NCBI GenBank assembly: GCA_903825575.1
Contig: CAIKAW010000046.1
Span: 12,852 to 76,851, forward strand
Length of the DNA stretch: 64,000 nt
Origin: an uncultured bacterium
GTDB lineage: Bacteria; Actinomycetota; Actinomycetes; S36-B12; CAIKAW01
Reading direction: 5' to 3'
Below, one piece after another: positions 59,301 to 64,000 of this stretch. Under the pieces are notes generated by a model. It made no database searches. It was not told where the DNA came from and worked only from the letters and a program-made list of their open reading frames with translations. The position numbers were made by a program, and so were the translations under genes. The first letter of the stretch is position 1; every line of letters begins with the position of its first letter.

Positions 59301-59353
59301 CTGTCGCTCTTGGCATCTTCGGCGGTTTGTTCGGTGCGGGTCGAGTAGCGTAA
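56321..59353 (+). CDS. UPF0182 family membrane protein
   Basis: YTELLWF, DPQFHKD, HLIYTHGYG, NYVRNSVK, HLRYP; conserved position before tRNA-Met. Confidence 0.95.
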   Translation: MTFQMPPDPEFSDRPQGVRPPRRPLSGRRRILLPVVLVLVAIAFAFVALSGVYTELLWFRSIGHPSVYVRIWVTKIGLFVAFGLLMALLVALSAWVAFRVRPVFRSVSAEQASLERYRSALEPFRRVLFVAVPAVVGVMAGASAAGNWQVWMMWRNSHPFGMTDPQFHKDVSFYVFAYPFYRFVLGYLLMAVLVSLLAALAIHYVYGGLQLQAVGRRATPAAQAQLSAILGVFVLLKAVSYYLDRFGLAIKGDSLVQGFTGLKYRDVHALLPAKSILAAVALLCAILFIANIFRRTWTLSLLGLGLLVVSATLIGGIIPALVQQFQVKPSELVKEQPYIQRNIDATLSAYGLTKVQQQSYKGNDQASASAIQADLPTLANVRLVDPALLSPTFRALQQVRTYYSFPDALNIDRYPVTSSTGTTTTRGTVIAAREIDLTNLPAAQQNWANEHLIYTHGYGVVAAYDNTVQSDGTPSFFSSGIPMTGQITVTQPRIYFGQTSPDYSIVTPGSAVAHELDFPDDTAATGQQTTSYAGPGGVGMGSFFNRLLFAVKYQEPNILLSSLIDSKSRILWDRQPQVRVAKVAPWLHLDSNVYPAVVDGRIKWIIDGYTTTNAFPYSNSTTWADATNDSLTPTISNGFGPTPVALNYVRNSVKAVVDAYDGSVALYAWDESDPILKAWEGAFPGVVQPKSSIPVSLMPHLRYPTDLFKVQRYVYSRYHVNDPNAFYSGQGFWIVPTDPTNKVDPAALQPPYFLSLQMPGQAAASFSLTSTFAPQKRQTLAAFMAVDSAPGPDYGTIRVLELPSETTLPGPVQVQNNFESDPAVSQTLSLLRGKGSEVDLGNLLSLPVGGGLLYVEPVYVRATTDGYPLLKKVLVGFGARVSMKDSFQAALADVFGTSTGGGTTPGGGTTPGTGTTAQQLAQAIADAQSAYTAGQAALAKGDFAAYGVAQKELAAALARAAAAEAKINGTATKPTPSTSPSASPSLSPSSSASTVALGIFGGLFGAGRVA

Positions 59354-59375
59354 GGTGGGGTAGCCGAAAGGTCGA

Positions 59376-59449
59376 CGCGGGGTGGAGCAGCTCGGTAGCT
59401 CGCTGGGCTCATAACCCAGAGGTCACAGGTTCAAATCCTGTCCCCGCTA
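59376..59449 (+). tRNA. Initiator tRNA-Met (CAT), CCA not encoded
   Basis: CGCGGGG/CCCCGCT acceptor with 1:72 mismatch, CTGGG-CTCATAA-CCCAG anticodon arm, GGTTCAAATCC. Confidence 0.97.
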
Positions 59450-59459
59450 CGAATGTGAA

Positions 59460-59501
59460 GTCCCGGGACGTCCTTATCGGATGTCTCGGGACTAACTTTT
59501 T
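59460..59501 (+). terminator. Intrinsic terminator after tRNA
   Basis: GTCCCGGGACGTCC-TTATC-GGATGTCTCGGGAC-TAACTTTTT. Confidence 0.85.
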
Positions 59502-59631
59502 GCGCGTTTGGCGCAGGGCTCGTTTCGTCGGGTGCCTTCGCCAGCGTGTGCGCTTTGTGTTGATATAGCGCATTTACCGCACACGCTGATGAAAGCGGGA
59601 CCCCAAATGGGCTAATGCGCCGCAGTGGAAG

Positions 59632-59805
59632 GTGCAGCTTTCGGGTCATGAAGACTTCACCGGAGTGGTTCGTGCCAAGTCCGTGTCCGCCGACTACTTC
59701 CATGCGCTGGGCGACAAACGGCATGTCTGGGCCGCGCCCGTGCTCTATGGAGACCTTTGGCAGAACATGCCGACGCCAACCTCGCAAATCGCGCGGCCCG
59801 GCTGA
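59632..59805 (+). pseudogene. Possible remnant of a glutamine-synthetase-family N-terminal domain
   Basis: Frame reads VQLSGHEDFTGVVRAKSVSADYF..., resembling the GS DxxGxxRxK motif; bounded by stops. Confidence 0.3.
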
Positions 59806-59828
59806 CCAACGACGCCATCCGCGTCGGG

Positions 59829-60236
59829 CTAAGCGACCGGGTGGAAGTACGGCAGTGCCGCCACGTCAGTCAACGGGGAGAACTCCACCTCGACGTCCAT
59901 GCCGATGTGCACGTCCCCGACCTCGCAGCCGACGATCCGAGTCAGCATGCGGACGCCTTCAGGCAGATCGACCAAGGCGACTACGTACGGCACTTCACCT
60001 GCGAATGCTGGCGGGGCTTTGTGCACGATCGTGAACGTGTTGATGATCGCGCGGCCACTAGCCAGATTCCAAGTTAGGTTCTCGGACATGCAGAACGGAC
60101 ACACTGACCGCGGGTAGTAGATCCCGCGTTCACAGTCGAGACAGCTCTGGACGAGTAGGACGCCTTCTAATGTCGCGGCCCAAAACGGTGCTGAGTCAGC
60201 ATCCGGCTGCGGCGCCGGGCGTTCGATGTCGCTCAC
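59829..60236 (-). CDS. DUF35 Zn-ribbon/OB-fold protein
   Basis: PFW, CLDC..YPR..CPFC, PYVVALVDLPEG. Confidence 0.92.
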   Translation of the reverse strand: MSDIERPAPQPDADSAPFWAATLEGVLLVQSCLDCERGIYYPRSVCPFCMSENLTWNLASGRAIINTFTIVHKAPPAFAGEVPYVVALVDLPEGVRMLTRIVGCEVGDVHIGMDVEVEFSPLTDVAALPYFHPVA

Positions 60237-60241
60237 TGGCT

Positions 60242-61396
60242 CTACCCTCTCGCCAAAACAACCGTTGCTGATGAACTCAAAGCGCCACCGGTCCCATGCG
60301 CCAGTGCCAACTTGGCATCGGGCACCTGTCGATCGCCGCTTTCCCCGCGCAGTTGTTCGACGGCTTCGATGAGCAAGAAGACCCCGAACATGCCCGGGTG
60401 GCAGAACGACAATCCGCCGCCGCTTGTATTCATCGGGAAGCTTCCCGTGGGCCCGGTTCCGCGATCTGTGACGAACGGGCCACCCTCGCCGAGGCCGCAG
60501 AATCCGAGAGTTTCAAGGCTCAGAATCGGCGTGATCGTGAACGAGTCGTAGATCTCGGCGACATCAATTTCATCGGGACGAACGCCGGCCATTTCGAAGG
60601 CTCGACGACCGCTGTCCGTCGAGGACGGCTGAGTGAGGTGCTTCATGTTCCCGATGGTCGCGTGAGTATGTGCCGAGCCATGTCCGAGCACCCATACGGG
60701 CGGCTTTCTGCTGCCAGCAGCCACATTCGCACTGGTGATCACGATCGCACCGGCGCCATCAGTGACGAGGCAACAATCAAGTAGGTGCAGCGGTTCGGCA
60801 ATCATGGTGCTTGCCAGAACTTCGTCGATTGTGAGCACGTCGCGCATCTTCGCCAGTGGGTTCAATGTCGCCCACTCACGGGTCGACACTGCCACCTGAG
60901 CCAGTTGTTCTGAGGTGGTGCCGTAGAGGTGCATGTGCCGCTTTGCGGCCAATGCGTAAGCGCCTAGCGGGACTGGTAGTCCGAAGGGGTCCTGGAATTG
61001 GTTCGTCAGACGAACCGGACCGGCAGCACCCAAGCTCCGGCTGCGGCGACTCTTCTGGGTGCTTCCGTAGGTGATGAGTGCGACATTGCAAAGGCCCGCC
61101 GCGATGGCCGCAGCAGCATGTCCTACGTGTGCCTCGAAAGACGAGCCGCCAATGTTGGTCGCGTCGGTGTACTTGGCGTCAATGCCGAGGTACTCAGCGA
61201 CCAAGACCGACGGGATCCAACTCATGTCGTTTGATGCAGTGAAAATTCCATCAACATCTGCCGTTGTCAGGCCTGCATCTTTCAACGCGGCGACAGCTGC
61301 CTCGGCTTGCAGGGTCAACTCAGACTTACCCTTGGCATCGGGAATGCCAGCGAGGCCTACTCCGACGATCGCGACGGAACTGTCATGGTTTGCCAC
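60242..61396 (-). CDS. SCP2-type/Ltp2-like thiolase-fold protein
   Basis: VAIVGVG, DCCLVTDGA, EIYDSF, NTSGGGLS..HPG, QLRG. Confidence 0.88.
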   Translation of the reverse strand: MANHDSSVAIVGVGLAGIPDAKGKSELTLQAEAAVAALKDAGLTTADVDGIFTASNDMSWIPSVLVAEYLGIDAKYTDATNIGGSSFEAHVGHAAAAIAAGLCNVALITYGSTQKSRRSRSLGAAGPVRLTNQFQDPFGLPVPLGAYALAAKRHMHLYGTTSEQLAQVAVSTREWATLNPLAKMRDVLTIDEVLASTMIAEPLHLLDCCLVTDGAGAIVITSANVAAGSRKPPVWVLGHGSAHTHATIGNMKHLTQPSSTDSGRRAFEMAGVRPDEIDVAEIYDSFTITPILSLETLGFCGLGEGGPFVTDRGTGPTGSFPMNTSGGGLSFCHPGMFGVFLLIEAVEQLRGESGDRQVPDAKLALAHGTGGALSSSATVVLARG

Positions 61397-61449
61397 GAGG
61401 CTGACTTACCCTCTCACTCGAATGGGCTGGCGAAGACGCAGGGCGTTGG

Positions 61450-63462
61450 TCATACCTTGGCTGCAATTCCGGCAGCCGTAATCGCTTCCAAGGATTCGGG
61501 ATTTTCGATCGCAGACGTGTCCGCTATTGGCTGGCCCAGATACGCCATTCTGATCGCGCGGCGCACGATCTTCGAGTTGCGGGTGCGCGGCAATTCCGTC
61601 ACGGTTTCAATGGCGGATGGACGCAAGGGCTTGCCGAGCGATGCCGCAATGATGTCGGACAGTTCTGACTCGAGGGCCGCAGTCGGTTGCCCAGGGTCGC
61701 GGGCGACGATGAAGCAGACCAAGCGTTCGCCTTTCACAGCGTCGGGCGCGCCAACCACGGCCGAGTACATGACTCCAGGGTGCGAATTCAACAGCGTCTC
61801 AACTTCGCCCGGACCGACTCGTTTACCGGCCACCTTGATCGTGTCGTCGGATCGGCCAAGCACGTACCAGAGTCCGTCCTGTGGGTCCACGTAAGCCCAG
61901 TCACCGTGCAGCCAAACATTCGGGAACCTAGACCAGTAGGTGTCGAGGTAGCGGTCTTCGTCGCGCCAAAACCCACGGGTCATTCCAGGATTGGGACCGC
62001 GGAGGACGAGTTCACCTACTTGACCTCGAACACTTTTGCCGGCTTCATCTACTACGTCGGCGAACATCCCGGGAAGTGGGCTGGCGAAAGATCGGGGGCG
62101 AAGCGGAGTAAGCACATTGCCGCACAGGATTCCGCCGGCGAGTTCGGTGCCACCGCAGTAGTTGAGCAGCGGAATCTTTCCGCCACATACATTTTCGAAG
62201 CACCAGCGCCACGACTGGGTATCCCACAGTTCGCCCGTCGCTCCAACGACCCGCAGCGACGACAAGTCGTACCCCGTTGGTCCAAGAGTGTCGGCGGTCA
62301 TCAACGAGCGCACCATCGTGGGGGATAGTCCAAAGACCGTTACTTGGTGTTTCTCGATTAGTTGCCACATGCGATCGGCAGTGGGGGTGTCCGGGCTTCC
62401 TTCGTACATAACCATCGTTGCTCCGACAGTTAGCGTCCCGTAGATCAGCCAGGCACCCATCATCCAGCCGATATCGGTGAACCAGAACACCGTGTCGTCG
62501 TACTGGACGTCGAACCCGTGGACCATATCGGCCAGGCCCTTGATCGGGAAGCCTCCGTGCGTGTGGACAGTTCCCTTAGCCGATCCGGTGGTGCCTGACG
62601 TGTAGATCAAGAGCAACGGGGCTTCGGGGTCCAGCCGCGCGGTTGCTACCGGGTTCGCTTGGCCCATCGACAGCACGTCGGCCCAGGCGATGTCGTGGGA
62701 ATTGGTGGTAGTGGCATTGCCTGCGTGCGGGACGACCACCAAATGCTTCACGGTTGGCGCTGCCGCCATGGCTTGATCGGCAACGTCCTTCATGGGCACT
62801 ACTCCGCCGCGTCGAGCGAATCCGTCCGCGCAGATCAGGACCACCGCATCGCAGTCGCGCATGCGCGTCGCAACAGCGTCAGCGCCGTAGCCACTGAATA
62901 CCGGGACGAGTACGGCTCCTATCTTGGCGACTGCCAAGACTGCGATGGACACCTCAGGAATCATCGGCATGAAGACGCCAACGCGGTCCCCAACCTGAAC
63001 GCCAAGTTGCGTTAGTCCGCCAGCGAGCTCATCCACTTGTGAACGGATCTCGGCGTAGGTGAGTTTGCGGACGGTGCCGGATTCGCCTTCCCAGATCAGC
63101 CCAACCTTGTCGTCCTGCGCCGTACCTGTGTAGCGGTCGAGGCACGAGTGCACGACGTTCATTCGGCCGTTGATCCACCACTTGGTTAGCGCGATCCCAG
63201 CCGAGGTGTCCATGACGTCGGTGTAGGGCTCGTAGAAGTCGACGCCGAGGTCTTGGACTGCTGCATCCCAGAACCAAGCTGGGTCCTGATCGGCCCGAGC
63301 ACACAACTCGGCAACACTCGAAATGCCCAGCTTGGTCATGAAGCCGCCTAGCCGGCTGTTCGCGATTACTTCAGCAGACGGCGTCCAAACGATTTCGTCG
63401 ATCTCAACTCCGGAGTCTTCCGGGTTCTGATCCGAGCGCTCGACATCGGCAACGTTCGTCAA
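61450..63462 (-). CDS. Acetyl-CoA-synthetase-like acyl-CoA ligase
   Basis: YTSGTTGSAKG, DIGWMMG, GGTE, HGD, GRSDD, PRTRNSK. Confidence 0.92.
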   Translation of the reverse strand: MTNVADVERSDQNPEDSGVEIDEIVWTPSAEVIANSRLGGFMTKLGISSVAELCARADQDPAWFWDAAVQDLGVDFYEPYTDVMDTSAGIALTKWWINGRMNVVHSCLDRYTGTAQDDKVGLIWEGESGTVRKLTYAEIRSQVDELAGGLTQLGVQVGDRVGVFMPMIPEVSIAVLAVAKIGAVLVPVFSGYGADAVATRMRDCDAVVLICADGFARRGGVVPMKDVADQAMAAAPTVKHLVVVPHAGNATTTNSHDIAWADVLSMGQANPVATARLDPEAPLLLIYTSGTTGSAKGTVHTHGGFPIKGLADMVHGFDVQYDDTVFWFTDIGWMMGAWLIYGTLTVGATMVMYEGSPDTPTADRMWQLIEKHQVTVFGLSPTMVRSLMTADTLGPTGYDLSSLRVVGATGELWDTQSWRWCFENVCGGKIPLLNYCGGTELAGGILCGNVLTPLRPRSFASPLPGMFADVVDEAGKSVRGQVGELVLRGPNPGMTRGFWRDEDRYLDTYWSRFPNVWLHGDWAYVDPQDGLWYVLGRSDDTIKVAGKRVGPGEVETLLNSHPGVMYSAVVGAPDAVKGERLVCFIVARDPGQPTAALESELSDIIAASLGKPLRPSAIETVTELPRTRNSKIVRRAIRMAYLGQPIADTSAIENPESLEAITAAGIAAKV

Positions 63463-64000
63463 CGAATCATTCCGTTCTTGATCATGTCGCGGGCAATTAC
63501 TAGTTTCTGGATCTCGCTGGTGCCTTCATAGATGCGAGTGATACGGGCATCGCGGTAGTAGTGCTCGATTTCTACCTCGCGCATGTATCCCATCCCGCCG
63601 TGGATCTGCAGTGCCTTATCGACCACGCGACCGTAGGTTTCGGTTGCGATCAACTTCGCCATGGCAGCTTCGCGCTTAGCCGGCCGGCCTTGGTCGATCA
63701 GCCACGCCGCGTAATACGCGAGGTGGCGGGCAGCTTCGGTTTCGGCGGCCATCTCGGCTAGGTAGGCCTGCATCATCTGGAATTCTGCGATGGGCTGGCC
63801 GAACTGTTCGCGGGTGGCAGCATGGGCCAACGCCAATTCCGTAACCTTTGTAGCGGCACCAACGCAACGAGCGCTAATACCAACCCGACCTTGAGCGAGT
63901 GTCTTCAGCGCTGAGCTGTAGCCAGTTCCTTCGGCTCCGATCATGTTGGCGGAACTGACTCGGCAACTTTGGAACGACAACTCGGCTACGTGTGAGCCGC
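63459..64000 (-). CDS. Acyl-CoA dehydrogenase, 3' part; 5' end outside window
   Basis: GRVGI, REQFGQPI, AMAK, QIHGGMGY, IYEGTSEIQ. Confidence 0.92.
   Translation of the reverse strand, partial: GSHVAELSFQSCRVSSANMIGAEGTGYSSALKTLAQGRVGISARCVGAATKVTELALAHAATREQFGQPIAEFQMMQAYLAEMAAETEAARHLAYYAAWLIDQGRPAKREAAMAKLIATETYGRVVDKALQIHGGMGYMREVEIEHYYRDARITRIYEGTSEIQKLVIARDMIKNGMIR

Noticed and set aside
59376-64000. Integrative element at tRNA-Met
   Set aside because: No integrase and no duplicated tRNA 3' end seen within the window
1-64000. CRISPR array, rRNA, IS elements or defence systems
   Set aside because: No spaced repeats, cas, transposase or rRNA signatures seen; the helicase-nuclease genes are the housekeeping AdnAB and UvrD2

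Overview
High-GC actinobacterial chromosome segment. Most of it is the conserved core block also seen in Streptomyces and Mycobacterium, running from an O-methyltransferase, htrA-tatB and mrp through a DEAD-box helicase, moeZ, adnAB, nudC, mycoredoxin, uvrD2, whiB7/wblC and UPF0182 to tRNA-fMet. Two accessory blocks interrupt it. The first (14.3-29.1 kb) is an amine/amino-alcohol catabolic island: APC permease, GntR/UTRA regulator with visible operators, sdaA, choline/ethanolamine-kinase-like gene, glnA4-like gamma-glutamylation set and NAD-dependent formate dehydrogenase fdsGBAD, which abuts moeZ. The second follows the tRNA and encodes acyl-CoA dehydrogenase, CoA ligase, a Cys-less thiolase-fold protein and a DUF35 protein. 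Signals read directly from the DNA and missing from the ORF track: probable non-AUG starts (ATC, CTG), no sigE-rseA before htrA but a retained MprA-type box, the whiB7 uORF/attenuator, a DnaA-box cluster beside a 54-aa Zn-ribbon gene, PafBC-type promoters, many leaderless genes, and a 1-nt frameshift in an acyl-CoA dehydrogenase. I saw no CRISPR, rRNA, integrase or transposase. All family calls come from motif recognition and recalled synteny; no searches were run.
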